A stretch of 54,390 nucleotides of DNA, filler included, from Sluysia triapertura (GCA_046118255.1; 4 parts of 4 records of this genome joined end to end with filler, not necessarily neighbours in it), one strand, 5' to 3'. Shown: positions 38,797-52,628, counted from the whole stretch's first letter. The notes: generated by a model not told the origin, from the sequence alone. Numbers and translations are program-made.

Positions 38797-39500
38797 TGGT
38801 GTCCAGAGTGAGAAGCAACCAGTATTAAGAAGAAAATAAGATAAATTTCATACGTATAAGTATAAATTCTAAATTCATTGATATTTTCTAAATTATTAAG
38901 ACTTAAGTAAAAAATAGATAAACAAATTGTACTAGCAGAAGACTATAGATCAAAACTAAGAAACTATATGGCATAACCTAATGATTTTAAGGAATGTTTG
39001 GATCAGCTAACCAAAGAAATATGCCCCATTATGGCATTACCTGAAATGAAAAAATTTGACGGAGCAGAGGAAGATCTCTGCAATTTTTTATTCGAATGTG
39101 AAAGCGTTGCAGAAGCAAACGGCTGGAATAAAGCCGAAAAAATAAAACGAATTCAAAATTATTTAACTGGAGTGGCGATCCGCACTTATAAGGAAACAAG
39201 TAATAATAATAAACATACTTGGAATGAATTGGTTAACACCTTCACAGAAGAAATAGCACTTGATGACATGGGCAAATATTATGCTAAAATGTTAAACTCT
39301 AAAATACAAAAGCCAAATGAATCTGTATACGAATTGTTTGTGCTCTTAAAAGCCTTGTTGCTAGAGCTAAAATCTTTGAAGATAAAAAGAAATAGCACTA
39401 ATAGATAAATTAAAAACTGGGTTACGACCACAATTAATAACATATGTTACCTTAATAGAAGGAAAACCTTTTAAGAAATTAAGAAGTATAGAGCGTTCCT
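38797..39500 (+). mobile_element. Ty3/gypsy LTR retrotransposon 5' remnant (putative PBS and gag)
   Basis: TGGTGTCCAGAGTG PBS-like site at 38797; gag KFDGAEEDLCNFLFECESVAEANGW..K..YLTGVA..TWNEL..F...QKPNESVYE, then frameshifted KTGLRPQL; no pol or second LTR seen. Confidence 0.85.
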
Positions 39501-39594
39501 ATAAGTATAAAAAGAATTTTAGAAATAATATTGATAATGATTTTAAAAGTAATAATAATCATAATAATATCGTTAATAAATAAAGACAACAATA

Positions 39595-39646
<52 letters not shown>
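39595..39646. repeat. (AAT)n microsatellite
   Basis: Perfect run of about 17 units directly after the gag remnant. Confidence 0.95.
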
Positions 39647-39647
<1 letters not shown>

Positions 39648-40416
39648 CAATGATAATAATAATACCAAGTTAAATTATCGATTAATATATAATAAATATA
39701 TAATTAATATATAATAAATAGTCAATTAAACTATTTATTTTTAGACTACACGTAAAACTATTTTTTAGAAAATCTATTATTGACAATTATTATTATTATC
39801 ATTATCATTATTATTATTATTGATTATCATTATGTTTCAAATTACTTTTGATCTTTTAACATTATTTTGGCGACCAAACGCATCACTCAAAATTTTAACC
39901 CTTCATCACACACCAATATAAACAACTTAAATCACTCAATGCATTAAAATTCACTAAAATCATGTGTAAAAATTAAAAACAATGAAATGAAATTTCTTAA
40001 ACTTCTCTTAATCCTTCTTTATAGCCCCTTTTTTACTAACTGTCATTTCTCCTGAATCTACATTTTTTAACACTTCTCACTATCACCTCCTCCTACACAA
40101 CTCGATATTTCAGAAGCATTCAGGAAGAAGTAGCTCGATGTAGTAGCTCAAACCTTTACCAGAGATATTAAAGATTCTCGTTTGGCAATATTCGTACTTC
40201 CTTCTTTTTTTACGTAGCATACAAATTCTTGGATTTTCCGACATATACCAACGTAGACATATAAAACTCGTATATAAAATCGAGGCATAATACAGTACGA
40301 ATCAAAGCAAGTTTATTTATCGATTTCTCAAATGGGAAGGGTTTGTGAATTATTCATAATAATATTGATTGTAAATAATCATTCGTAGACAATAATTCAA
40401 GATCCATGTTCTACAG

Positions 40417-41318
40417 CAGTGGTGTCAAACATGCGGCCCACAAGAGCTTGAGATGCGACCAGAGGATTGATAACAATGTATAAAATAATTGTATTCTAGG
40501 ATTAGATTGAAATTTTAATTTAAACTATTTTTATGCATTTGAATATACCGCCTATGTTTGCGTGCCCATTTTGATTCATGTTGTCGCTAAGTCGGTAACA
40601 TTGATAAAGTAGATCGTACTGAAGAGTCGTGAGATCGTTTTTTGACATTTTTTTCACACTACAGATCAAGACATTTTGAATCCCTTGACAAGCTTTTAAG
40701 TAAATATAATCTTACTTTATCTAAACTAGTGCTAAATCAACGACAAGAAGAAAAAATGGGTTTATAGTTAAATTATTAATTAATAAAAACACGATATTTC
40801 TCCAGACAACCAATTTCACCCTGTTCATTAGGAGATACGATACAATGTTCCAAAGAAATAAAAATGGAAAACGTTCTTCAATTTATCTAAAAAAACTATA
40901 AATTTTATACGATCTCGAGGTTTGAATCAACGGAAATTTTCATCTTTACTGTCAGAAATTGAAAATAAACATGATGGCGTAATTTATTGTACTGTAGTGC
41001 GTTGGCTTTCTTGCCACAAAATTTGACGCGGTTCTAGGAACTTCGTAATGAAATCAAAACGTTCTTAGAAATGAAAGATCAGTCAGTTGAACAATTTAAA
41101 GGTAAAAATTGGATGCAGGATTTAACCTTTCTAATCGATAATACACGACATTTAAATGAGTTAAATTTAAAACTTCAAGGTCAAAATAAAGCTATCACAC
41201 AGAGGTAAGAGTTTATTAAGACATTTAAATTAAAACTCGCAATTTAGTTCATTTTTCCGCTTGTAAAAGTTATAAAGAATCGTATATTAATTGTAATTTT
41301 GTCAAATATACTTCATAT
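40417..41318 (+). mobile_element. hAT Charlie/SPIN-type (GTF2IRD2-like) transposon, left end and decayed transposase
   Basis: TIR CAGTGGTGTCAAACATGCGGCCC after TTCTACAG; INFIRSRGLNQRKF..LLSEIE...VRWLS...ELRNEIKTFLEMK...WMQDLTFLID..HLNELNLKLQG; cut by the spacer. Confidence 0.92.
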
Positions 41319-41418
41319 NNNNNNNNNNNNNNNNNNNNNNNNNNNNNNNNNNNNNNNNNNNNTTAATTAATTAANNNNNNNNNNNNNNNNNNNNNNNNNN
41401 NNNNNNNNNNNNNNNNNN
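41319..41418. other. Artificial assembly spacer N44-TTAATTAATTAA-N44
   Basis: Identical 100-nt structure. Confidence 0.93.
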
Positions 41419-42479
41419 CAAAGACATAGATTTCTTCAAGAAACAAACATATTATATCAGAGCGAATATTCATTAATTTATGCTAACGGAAATGTAAAAA
41501 TATAAAAAATCTTAAATATAAATATGCATTAAATGATTGCTATTATTTTAAGAAAATTAAACTTGTTTTTATCAAATTTAAACTAAACTTCTAACTCTTT
41601 GACTTATACTATATTAACAATCAACAGCTTTTACTCGCTTTAAAAGTACTCGTAGACTTTAATCAAAATAATAATAAAATTAACAATTTTTACTCGTTTT
41701 AAAATGTTTCGTAGACTTTAGTTAAATAAGACTTTAAATTTTAACTTTCTTAAATTATTCAAACTTCTTTAATAATTTGTTAACTAAATTCAAAACCTTA
41801 AACAGTCTCTATAAGAAAAATCGTGGTTCTAACTCGTTTCTGATTTAAGAGATGGAAGTGAAATTAGAATTCAAATTCTCTTTCAAAGTCTCTAGAACAA
41901 GATAACAAAGTTTGTAGGTATAATGATAAAATTTATACAGATTAATAAAAACCACAAAAATATTTTTTCGAGCTTTTTATATTTTACAATGGAAAAATTT
42001 TTGTCTTAAACATTTGTGATGGCTCAACTCCTCGTTAATGATTATATTATATCATTACTTCACAAACACATCAAAACATATCCGACATATACCATATACA
42101 ATAAACTCCCACAGTTTCATTATCAAACTTTAACTTTTAAAATATTAAATTCATTAGTCTTTCAATTAATTAATTATTTCCCTTACTATTAATCTTAATC
42201 TACTTTAAAAACTGAACTACCATACGTCGTCATTGTTATTATTATCTCCATTCACACCATTAATCCGACAATAAGCTTAAAGTTTATCGAGACTTAATGT
42301 TAATTAGTTACTTTTTATTTTATTTTAATTTTTATTTATTTTAATTTTCATAATAAAAAAGCTGAAATTATACTTTATACTTGTCTAGAATCAAACGACA
42401 ATGGTTCACTTTATAAATGGTTATTCTCAAAGTATGATACAAGAAAATTAAAGTAGAAATAAAAAAATGTTTTCAATCT

Positions 42480-42620
42480 CAATGCAAACATGGTAAACGC
42501 AAAGTATCAAAATCAAATGTTTCGACGGTTACGATGCTAACCGTAGCAGTCAAAATGATTCAAAATTTAACGAAGCATGCTTAAGCATTTCAGAGATAAA
42601 AACTAAACTTTATTATATCG
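42480..42620 (-). mobile_element. hAT C-terminal dimerisation domain remnant
   Basis: IILTATVSIVTVETFDFDTLRL (cf. IFLTLPVSTATVERSFSTLR). Confidence 0.5.
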
Positions 42621-42815
42621 CAGTGGTTTAACAGGTAGCTTTGTAGTCTTAGTTATGATTCTTTTACCTCTTTTGTGAAAATCAGATTAACATAAAGAGA
42701 TTCAAGTTAATTTTGATATCTCGCAATGTTTTCATACTTTACCAAGTTTTGAGAATAATTTTGCATCAACAATTTCATCAGACCTATCACAAGAATGCTA
42801 AGTAAAACAATCATC

Positions 42816-42969
42816 NNNNNNNNNNNNNNNNNNNNNNNNNNNNNNNNNNNNNNNNNNNNNNNNNNNNNNNNNNNNNNNNNNNNNNNNNNNNNNNNNNNNN
42901 NNNNNNNNNNNNNNNNNNNNNNNNNNNNNNNNNNNNNNNNNNNNNNNNNNNNNNNNNNNNNNNNNNNNN
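42816..42969. other. Assembly gap (154 N)
   Basis: Plain N run without the 12-mer linker. Confidence 0.97.
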
Positions 42970-43948
42970 AAAATTATTATCGCAGTTATATATTTCAATG
43001 AAATTTAGAAGTTATCTAATTTAAAATTAGCCATTCAATGTAAAATATAAAATATAGAATATAATAATAATAATTTATTAATATATAGCCCTATTATCTA
43101 CCATAAAAACGTTTATAAAATTTCTGAAATAAAAATAATGTTCTTTTCCTAAGGATTTCATAATTTTCCAATAATTTAACAGCTAATAATTTCTCACTTA
43201 TCTTTCTTTCACTGTGCTTTCTCTATGAATTATATCATTTTGCTTTCCAAGCAATATTCATGGCTTCCATAAAATTAGCATTTATAAATTTTTGCTAATC
43301 AGTGCAAAACCATACATGTGATCATCTTCGATAATTATACTTACAAAATGATTTAATTATTAATTATTAGTTATTAATAATTATTAATTATTAATTATTA
43401 ATTATTTTATTATAAGTTTTCTAATATTTAACATTTTCTTTAATTGTTTAGGCATTTTAATAGTACTTTTCCGTAATTCTGGTATCACTTCTAGCTTCTT
43501 ACACATACAATTAATTTTGTTTCATTTTCTTTGCTGCCTTTCCTTCATTGACTTTCAAATATTTATTATTGTGTTAGAAATTATGTGCGAAGTTTCTAGT
43601 AAAGTTTATTTTTATTTTGTAATAAAATGATTTATTTATTTTATGCAACAAAAACGTATACCTCATTAATGTTAGTATACATGAGGATCATTTTAGTTAA
43701 TTTCAATGAGGTATAAAACTGGTGAAACCAACCAAGTAGAATCTAGTTACTTATTGGTTGACGAAAGGTAAACAGAAATATCAAATATCTAATCTTTTAT
43801 GAACAATAAGTAAGGTAAAGTACATTCAGTTTATCATAAATCGGGAATATAATATAATATAATAAAATATAATATAATTTTGAAATATAACAATATTTAA
43901 GGTCAAAGCAGAAAATGTTATTATTCCATTTTAATTAAATAAACTAAC

Positions 43949-44236
43949 CGATGATACTTATCAAGTAATTGTGATAAATCTGATTTATAGCGCTTTAAAT
44001 CTACTGCCAAAGGATTAACTAATCGAACAACAGGATGATAACCACGAGATGGCGATCCTTCTGTAACTACATGTGAAATTGGAAGAATATCTGCAAATAC
44101 ACGCGAAACGACGTGCCGGTCAATAATAGGCACGTATTTTGGTCGTATGCGAATTACTGTAGGTGCAAGCGCATCGAGAATAGTTAAATGTTGTGGCACA
44201 ATACCATAAATAGCCAACCAATCAGAAAGTGGCAAA
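43949..44236 (-). CDS. von Willebrand factor A domain-containing protein 3 (VWA3A/B-like), internal exon (phase 2-2)
   Basis: tttttAG|...|GTTAGT, 288 nt; LSDWLAIYGIVPQHLTILDALAPT..KYVPIIDRHVVSRV...YKSDLSQLLDKYHR resembles the pre-VWA segment of VWA3A (EWLK..GLKAKKLSLYQVLAP..FVPIL.K.VSS..YQ..L....YERR), recalled from memory. Confidence 0.72.
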
Positions 44237-47200
44237 CTAAAAATCATTATGTGAAGAATTGAAAAATTATTTTAAATTTCACCGAATAATTTTTTGTTAC
44301 AATGTAGAATCATTAATTCATTAAAAGTTATTAAAAAGAAACTCAATAATGATATACTTAATATAAGTAATAATACAATATAATATAATTAAATAATTAA
44401 TTTTTTATTATAAAATAATCAAGTTTTGATACAATCTTAGTTGAATAATAAAGAATCAAATGGCAAGATTAAATGATGCCACTTATTATAATGTTTTCCA
44501 GTAATATTATATTATGACCATTTAATTTTTCACACTATAATAATTATTCTACAGTTTATTTTATTATATGGCCAATTTCATTTACATGTTATTTAATTTT
44601 CTTCTATAGCATTGGTTTGGCTATTTCAAATTCACTTATGTTGCAAGTTTGTTGGTTTTATATATTAAATACTCAATTGAAGTTTCATTGAATATATATA
44701 TATATTCAATTAACAGGTTATGTCCAGTTGCTTCATTGTGAAATTTTACACAATGATGATAAACAGTTAAATTGTCATTATTTAACTTCTAATATACAAA
44801 TTAAAATTGATATTAATTCAAAACGAAAATTGGTATTAAAATTGGTATTAAGTGTTGTAAGTTGTGGTAAAATAAATTTAACTGAATTCATATTTGTGCA
44901 CACTTTTAAATTATTTGATATTAAGTTCCTACAATTTTCATAAATAATTATTGATTTTTTATAATTAATTTTTATTGTATTTTTTAGACACCACCACTTA
45001 CATTTTTCCTTTAAACATTTCACAATAAATTTAATAAAGCAGCACAGCTGACCATTTGGCTACTTAAATAAAGGTAAGATAAAATATAACCATAAATTAA
45101 TTCAATAAATCAAGAATTTGTCGTGTTGCCAATAAAGAAATGTGATTCATGTTTGCATTTTAAGTGCTATTAATTCCTAGTATGTCATAATATTGATAAT
45201 TTCATCAATATATTATTATTCGCATTTGAATGATCATTCGTTATATGCTTGAACAAAATCCTCTTTACGTCCTCTTCGCTGTTCGTTTTGTTGTGAAACT
45301 TGATGGTTTACAAGTATCATCTTCTGTATCAATATTTTCTGTAAAGCGTGAAGAACATGAACGATTAACTTCATTACTTTTAACATCTTCGAGATTACTT
45401 GATTTATCAGGTATTTCACATCAAAACCGCTTAAAGGGATTTCTACTTCATTTAGCGATTCAAATCAATTTTATATCTACAATTCTTAGAGAGTTAATAA
45501 TCCTTTCTAGCTATTCTATGTACTTCTATCATAGAAGACGAATGTATTGTAATTTTCGTTGTATATTCTTTAAATTTATGTCCTCTGTTTTTAGGATTTG
45601 GGTAATAATACAAATTTTGATCTAATTATGGTTCATATAAAATGATTTCATGTATCCTTATATGAAATGGAACTCTGCTAAGAATATTAACAATTTGGAA
45701 ATTATCGAATTTAGCAGAATATCTTAATTTTTGATCCGTCTAGGAATGCGACACTATTTCCTAGCATTCTCAATACTATCACATCCAAATGCAGACATGT
45801 TACCTTTAAGCCTAGTCTATTCCTGTTTGGGCAATAGGTGATAAGCTTAAATGACGTCTAAGATTAGCAATAACATAAACATTGCAAATATTTAAATCGA
45901 AAGCACTTTTAGCACACAAATTATGTCACATGTTACAATAACCAATATAATGCTACACTTTTGAGAAAAATTTTGATGTTGCAATTTATTAACAGTTAAT
46001 TGTCTATGTGTCAGATGTGAAGAAATGTGCAAATTACTCGAAGTATTATCGAATTTATGTTAGGGTAACCATAATAATGACGATTAAGTACGAATAAACA
46101 TGTCACAAAATTGAAAGTAAAATAGGATTAAAAATGAAAGTGACAATAATAATAAATAATAAAATAAGAGAATTAAAGTGGTAAAAATATAGTGATATGA
46201 AGACAGCAATAATACGATGACAATATATAATAAAAATTTGAATAACAATGACACAATAATAACAATTTAATTGTTGAAATATGTACTGTTATCATTATTA
46301 TGACCGTTGAATTTGTGTCATTGTGTCGTGTGAAGATTGTTTCTGGTTTATGTATGTTATTTGTTAAATTGTGCTGAAGTTTATGATTAATGTGTTTAGG
46401 TTTTGACCTCACCACACAATTTTTACTTGAATTCCACTCACAAAGTGTTGGTTCATTAACTTTTAATTCATTTTTCAAAATGAGTTGATTTCTATTAAAA
46501 GTTTCAAAAAACATCTTACATAAATTTGATATTTTATCTTTAACAGTAATAATTTCATCGAAGTAATTTGAAAATAAAAACTTTAAATAAAATTATATTT
46601 CACTTGCTTTACAAAGTCTAAATAACCAAGAACACCCACTTTATAACTTAAAACTATTTAAAAAACTCAAAAAGTCTTCATAAACATTAAAAAGTACTAG
46701 AAACCCTTTTAAACAAAGCAGACGTTATCAAACAAGCATGAAGGTAAGAATCAATCACACTTAATTAGTATCCAAAAACATGGAAAATCTTCCAAGAAAT
46801 GAATACTAGCAGACACAAACGAATACTAACTAGCAAATGCGCTTATAAATGAATAAATGATGCTTGTATTAAATTTTTTGTATATTTTTTATAGTGGTTG
46901 TTCTACTCTATCATTAAAAAATATTATTGTATGTTCATCTACATAAGCTGCACAATGTATGTAATAATAATAATATTATTATTATTAATATTATTAATAA
47001 TAATTTATATTTAAAAATTACTTGCGTTCTTTTTTCTTTGCATTTTCAGTTTCATGATTTTTTACTTCCTTGTAATCTTCTGAACATAATATAAACAAAT
47101 ATAAAGACCAAAATAATAAATTAATATTTATTTCAATTAGATCACTGAAGTGCAAATTAAATCTGCGTATACTGAAAAATACACAAATAATTATTTATTG

Positions 47201-47252
47201 AATGGTTGTATTCTTTATTTGAATAAACTTGAAAATATCCCATGTATGCCAC

Positions 47253-47329
<77 letters not shown>
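47253..47329. repeat. (AAT)n microsatellite
   Basis: Perfect run of about 25 units. Confidence 0.97.
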
Positions 47330-47330
<1 letters not shown>

Positions 47331-47509
47331 TATACAGCAATGTATAGTTATGAAAATTAGAACAAATGTAATGAGAATTTTCTTTAATAAAATATAATAA
47401 ATCCTACTTTAGCATCATTGTTCGAGACACCATTAGTAAGAATAAAACAATTTTCATTTTTGCACGAGTATTTTAATATAAATTATTAAATTAAAATTAT
47501 CAGATTTAT

Positions 47510-47960
47510 CTGAATTTAGAGTATCTACTGCAACCAATATTCGGGTCTTGACGAATCAACGTATTTGCAGAACAGCCTAGATAAGGATAACTTTCAGATT
47601 TAGAAGATTATGTTCTGAACACACCTTGAATCCAATCAAAGATAAATAGTCATGATATTTGAAAAATGGCCATGGAACCTTTTAAATCATCAAAAACTAC
47701 TTGGAAAATATTAACTTATTTTATATCGGATTCTTATAGAATGTGGAAAGTTGTATATTATGTTAATAAGCAGTTGAACTGACTCTTCAAAGTGGCTTAC
47801 ACCAAAAAAAGGTTCTTTTGTGTGTTTGTGGAATATGACTGAAGTAATACAGTATCCATTATTGAAAATTTTGATACTATATCCGATATCCCTTATCAAC
47901 AACATTGTATGCTAGAAAATGTTAGAAGTTATGTCAGAATTGATCAATAGAAAAAATGTT
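47510..47960 (+). mobile_element. Decayed LINE AP-endonuclease N-terminal region (RTE-like)
   Basis: FRVSTATNIRVL (cf. LRIATWNVRTL), KNGHGTF..NINLFYIG, VYYVNKQL, DTISDIPYQQ in the expected order. Confidence 0.42.
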
Positions 47961-49385
47961 ATTTTGTGTAATTCGTAAAGGCAAAAACTCGTAATCGAGA
48001 GTTTTTCACACTAATGGGCACTTATCGAAGTGGTCGGTTATCAAAATATTCTTTCTACCATATTTAGTGGCAAGCACAAATTTACTTGAAAAATGAAAAC
48101 ATTATATCTCGAATAAGATATTATTAACGAATTCAAAGATATTAACTTTTTTGCTTTTATATTTACATTTTATACATTGTCTTAATTAGCTTAATTAATT
48201 TGCATATTCCTTGTAATTAGTCTCGATGTTGCCTTCAATGTGTGGAGGTCAGCTTTACTTCTCTCTAATGAAAGAAATGTAAGCACAGCTTTAACAGTTT
48301 AAATTTAATCTAAGTTGAAGATCTCTATGCCACGAAACCCCCATAAAAAATAAACCCATGAACTATAACAATGTAATGGAAATGGTTGAGACAAAGTCAC
48401 TGTAATATTTTCAGAGTTTAAAAATTTTATAAGAAAATTGAAAATGATTATTTAAAATAAAATGCAGTTACATTGGACTAATTTATTTTCCAAACTATTA
48501 TTATTTTTTCAACGAATTAGTTGATAGTTTTGCTGAATCATTTCGTAAGTTGGCGTCCGTTACTAACAAATATCCATAAAAATTTATTGATTATTAAACG
48601 AATTATATGATAAATTGAAGTTCACCAATAGAGGTACAAATAAATACCAGAATGAATCGACAAATAGAAACTTGTATTAAGCAAATGTCAAATTCTTCCA
48701 TATAGAATTTCTGTCATAATTATTTCTTGTACTTTGGTTTGTTTCTATAAAAAGAATTTTTTTTGAATCTTGCGAAATTTACTTCTAGATAGTCATTTTA
48801 GACTATTTTCGATTACTTATCTTATATCCAATTATCTATTTACTTCATTCTTTAATAACTATTTTAATTTCTCCCTAATTATACATAAATTATAACAGTT
48901 ATTCAGTTAGTCACATTTGTTCTATATATAATCGTGATATAATTGACAATTCCATCATTGTATTATTCAATTTTCTGCTAAAATATTAGTTTAGTCATGT
49001 TATGGTTTACATATAGTATATCACTTTTCAATTATTTGTTAGTTTGTATTTGATTTCCATTTTTATAAAATTATTGGTTTTTCTGAAGCTACCGTTTGAC
49101 ACAATCTTTTCTCTTCCAATTAAGTAAGATTCATTCAGTTCCATGTTCTTTGCGTTCCATTTTTATTATACTTTGTTTAATTCTGGGTTTAGTTCATTTA
49201 AAGATTCTAAGTTTCCAAGATATTTTTTGATTTAAAATTATATTTTGATTTTATTATTATTTTATAATTTCATAATACAATTATTATATGATACTCAATA
49301 TAAATGGATTTTGTTTTTTTTTATTTTATCATAACCAATAAATTAAATTTGAGATGACAAACAACCTTTTAAACATTCTTTGTAC

Positions 49386-49488
49386 CTTTCAGCTTGCCGT
49401 TCCAAAATATCTCGAGTTTCCATAAGTACCCAATCATCCTGTGGATCCTTTGAGGAAACGAAATTTTGAAGAAATGATATGTAAGCTT
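49386..49488 (-). CDS. Candidate upstream exon of the VWA3-like gene
   Basis: ttatAG|...AG|GTACAA, 103 nt; EAYISFLQNFVSSKDPQDDWVLMETRDILERQAE; ends in phase 2, compatible with exon 43949-44236; GC-richer than flanks. Confidence 0.45.
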
Positions 49489-50355
49489 CTATAATTAATT
49501 TATAAATTATGTAAATTTTTAACAATAAATTATTAAGTAAATATTTTCAATATTATAAACTAGATATTTTAAAATCTTCTTCAGACAATGGAATTTGAGT
49601 TAGATTGTGATCAGTTTTATACTGATAAATGGTGTTGTTTATTGTTTTATTCATGAATATTACTGATTTATTTGTTAAATACAATGTTCGTTCTATGACT
49701 ATTTAAACTTTTAGTTACGGAAAAAAAATAATAAAAATTAGATTAAACGTTAAACATTTTATTATTTTATCTTAGAATAATATTTAAATTTCTTAAATTT
49801 CAAGTAGTTAACGTTGTCATTTGTGAACCTCAAAAGACGAACGTGTAGTGCAAGCCGTTTAAATTCTCGATTAGCTAAACGTGCAATATAGTATATATAA
49901 CGATTGTTCTATCCAGTAGCATTTATTACACCAAATTGTTAGTAAATTGAATCATTTTTAATTCAAAGTTAAATTAATTCTGGCCATTTAAGCACTTAAT
50001 TCCATAAGCCTGAGTTAACTTGGACATGCTTCATAACGAACATATTTAATTCTATGTTATACAATATCAATAAAACATAGCAAATAAAGTTTTTTATTCA
50101 ATTAATATTAAATTTCTCATTTTTTAACCTCGAAACTCTTTTTTCTTTTTATTTTTGTGACTTTTAATAAATCTAGGCTAAAAAAGTGATCATTTTTTGA
50201 CGACCTTGTTGAAAAAAATCATGCGTTAAGTGGTTAATCTTACAAATTTCTTTGCGATAAAAGTTAAGCCAGTTTTTTTAGACAGATTGTAAATTCTGTC
50301 TTGAATTAAAGAATTACAAAAGCGCAATGAAAAAATTTATTAACTTATCCATTAA

Positions 50356-50573
50356 CCCTTCAGTCCTGATTTATTCGAACTTTTTTAACATATTGAACGT
50401 ACTTAATTTTACCACAATATCATGATGAATAGATTTATTTTATAAACATAACCAAAATATAATTTTATTCAGAAAACAATTAAATGAATACAAGATTGAT
50501 TGGGTACATTTGACGAGTGAAACTCGTCATCTGTAACTTTGGTTATTCACATGGATGACGAGTATCCAAAAGG
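50356..50573. mobile_element. Degenerate piggyBac-type MITE
   Basis: TTAA-CCCTT...AAAAGG-TTAA ends plus subterminal palindrome GACGAGTGAAACTCGTC and repeat GATGACGAGT; TIR match is weak. Confidence 0.4.
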
Positions 50574-51109
50574 TTAATGTGATATTATGACAAAACATGT
50601 TCGAAACTATTGTTTTAAAAATTAACACCACATTAAACATAACCGTAAATACTACTGTTAAATTAACAATGGATGTTGAAGAGACATATTTTCATATCAC
50701 TAATAATCAAATTGTGATGCAACAAAACAATTGCAAATAACAACTGGAATTTTGTAAATCAATGAACAATGATGAATAATTAAAGTTGCCATTTACTCAA
50801 ATATCAAGTAAACTCACCAGTTAATAGTTATTGATAAAGGTAAAATAAATGTAAGACTTGTTATGTAATATAAAAACCAAGATTATTAGTAATAAAGCAC
50901 ACAGTTTCTTGAATTATTTTTAAAAATATTTTTTTGACAAATTTGTTATAACTAAATTTATTACAAAACTTTACTAAAATTACAATAAAATTTTAATTTT
51001 AGTATAATTAAATTATATTAATGGAACTAAAATTAAAAATTTGAGACATATTTGACCTTTTAAATTAACTAAAACGAAAATGATTTATGTTACATTAAGT
51101 GTGGCTCGT

Positions 51110-51935
51110 TCATGTAAACGCTGATAAAGTTCACTGAGCCACCGCATTTTGTATGAATTCCAACAAGAAATCATGCAGTGTTTGGCTAAGGTACTGTTAC
51201 TTATATGACATGCAAGGAATAGTTCGAAAATTTAAAATAGATGATTACCTTAATGATAAACGACGCTCTGGCGGCCATCTTTAATCGATGACGTTGTTAT
51301 CAAAGTCATATTAGAACAAGATCTTTTTTTGATAACATCGAAAATTGCGGAAAGGCTTGGCAAACAATTTCGGACCATATTAGGAAACTAGGACTGATTT
51401 GGAAATATTCGAGATTGGTGCCACATGAGTTAAATGAGAAAATTTTGAATGATAGAATCATCACATGTATATATCTGCTTGCTCGGAACAATTATAATTG
51501 AGGATGAAAAGTGGATTACCTAAGAAAAAGAGCGTATTGCCTCCTCCATCCATAAACTGAGCTTGAGCCTGAATAAGTGAATGTTGTGTATATGGTGGGA
51601 CATTCGAGGACCTAGTACACTCTGAGCTTTTGAAACCGAATTAGATGATTTAAACAAAGCACACAAAGAAAAAGGACCGACGCTGTTCAACAAGAAGGAA
51701 ATCATACTACATCATGGTAATGTCAGTCAAAAAATTTCAGAATTAGGCTTGGAAATTCTGTCGCATCACGTGTTTTTGTGTTTAGAAAATTTTCTGAAGA
51801 GAACATTCAAAAATGAACCAGTATTGATTGAGTTCGTCGCCTCTAAAGACAAGGCCTTTTCAAAAATAGTGCTTACAAATTCACATAACGCTGGGAAGAG
51901 GTCGTAACTAATAATGGAAATTATATTCTAAAATA
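51110..51935 (+). mobile_element. mariner transposase remnant
   Basis: DKRRSG, TISDHIRKLG...LVPHEL, EDEKWI, MLCIWWDIRG, IILHHGN, RWEEVVTNNGNYI; many indels. Confidence 0.95.
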
Positions 51936-52489
51936 AATATTATTAAAGGTATGAAAAATTAATTATTTTGTTTTATTCTAAAAAAGGTAAGCCTAATCTT
52001 TAGATCTGATAGAACGATGTAGAAAATAAATAAATACTTTTAGAATTAATACAGATTCAATATTATTTGTAATAATAAACTATTTATCTTCCTTTAAAAC
52101 TAATTAAATCCTTCTTAAACAGAATCTATTTTTTCTTAATTTCCGGATGTAGTGTGCGGACTAAGCTCATAATGATACTATACAAAGGAAAATGACGAAT
52201 TAAAAAAATGAACTAAAAGTAGTATTAATAAAGTTCTATCATTTTAGATTATTCAGTAGAATGATCCAATTATATTAAAAATGATGACAGTAGTATATGG
52301 ACAGACTCACTCGATATGTCAAAACTTCAGACTATTTTACAACCGTTTTGGTTCCTTTTATCTTAGTATATTCAATTATCTGACGTTCCTTCTCGGTAAT
52401 GAAAAAAGATATATAAAATAAAATATTATAACACTTTTGATTAAGTAACAAAATATAAAATAACAAATAAAAGATATTAAAAGTATTAA

Positions 52490-52560
52490 CACACTGAGGA
52501 CAGAAGACGTGAATTTACGTTTTTTACATATGCTTTTCGTCAGACACTGTCTTCAATGTG
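52490..52560. mobile_element. piggyBac-type micro-MITE, 71 bp
   Basis: TTAA flanks; TIR CACACTGAGGACAG vs CACATTGAAGACAG (12/14); internal palindrome ACGTGAATTTACGT. Confidence 0.75.
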
Positions 52561-52628
52561 TTAACACAAAGATTTTCGTGCAAAATATTAATGCTAAACA
52601 TACTTCATTAGTAGCTAATACGCATGCA

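Noticed and set aside
42795-43001. ORFs spanning N runs (also 54135..54323)
   Set aside because: Artefacts of translating gaps.
45230-45625. 131-aa plus-strand ORF and acidic minus-strand frame
   Set aside because: No domain, no convincing splice sites; probably decayed repeat DNA.
47022-47079. 58-nt minus-strand micro-exon (EDYKEVKNHETENAKKKER)
   Set aside because: Splice sites are plausible, but its phase is incompatible with exon 49386-49488 without a further exon I could not find, and there is no homology.
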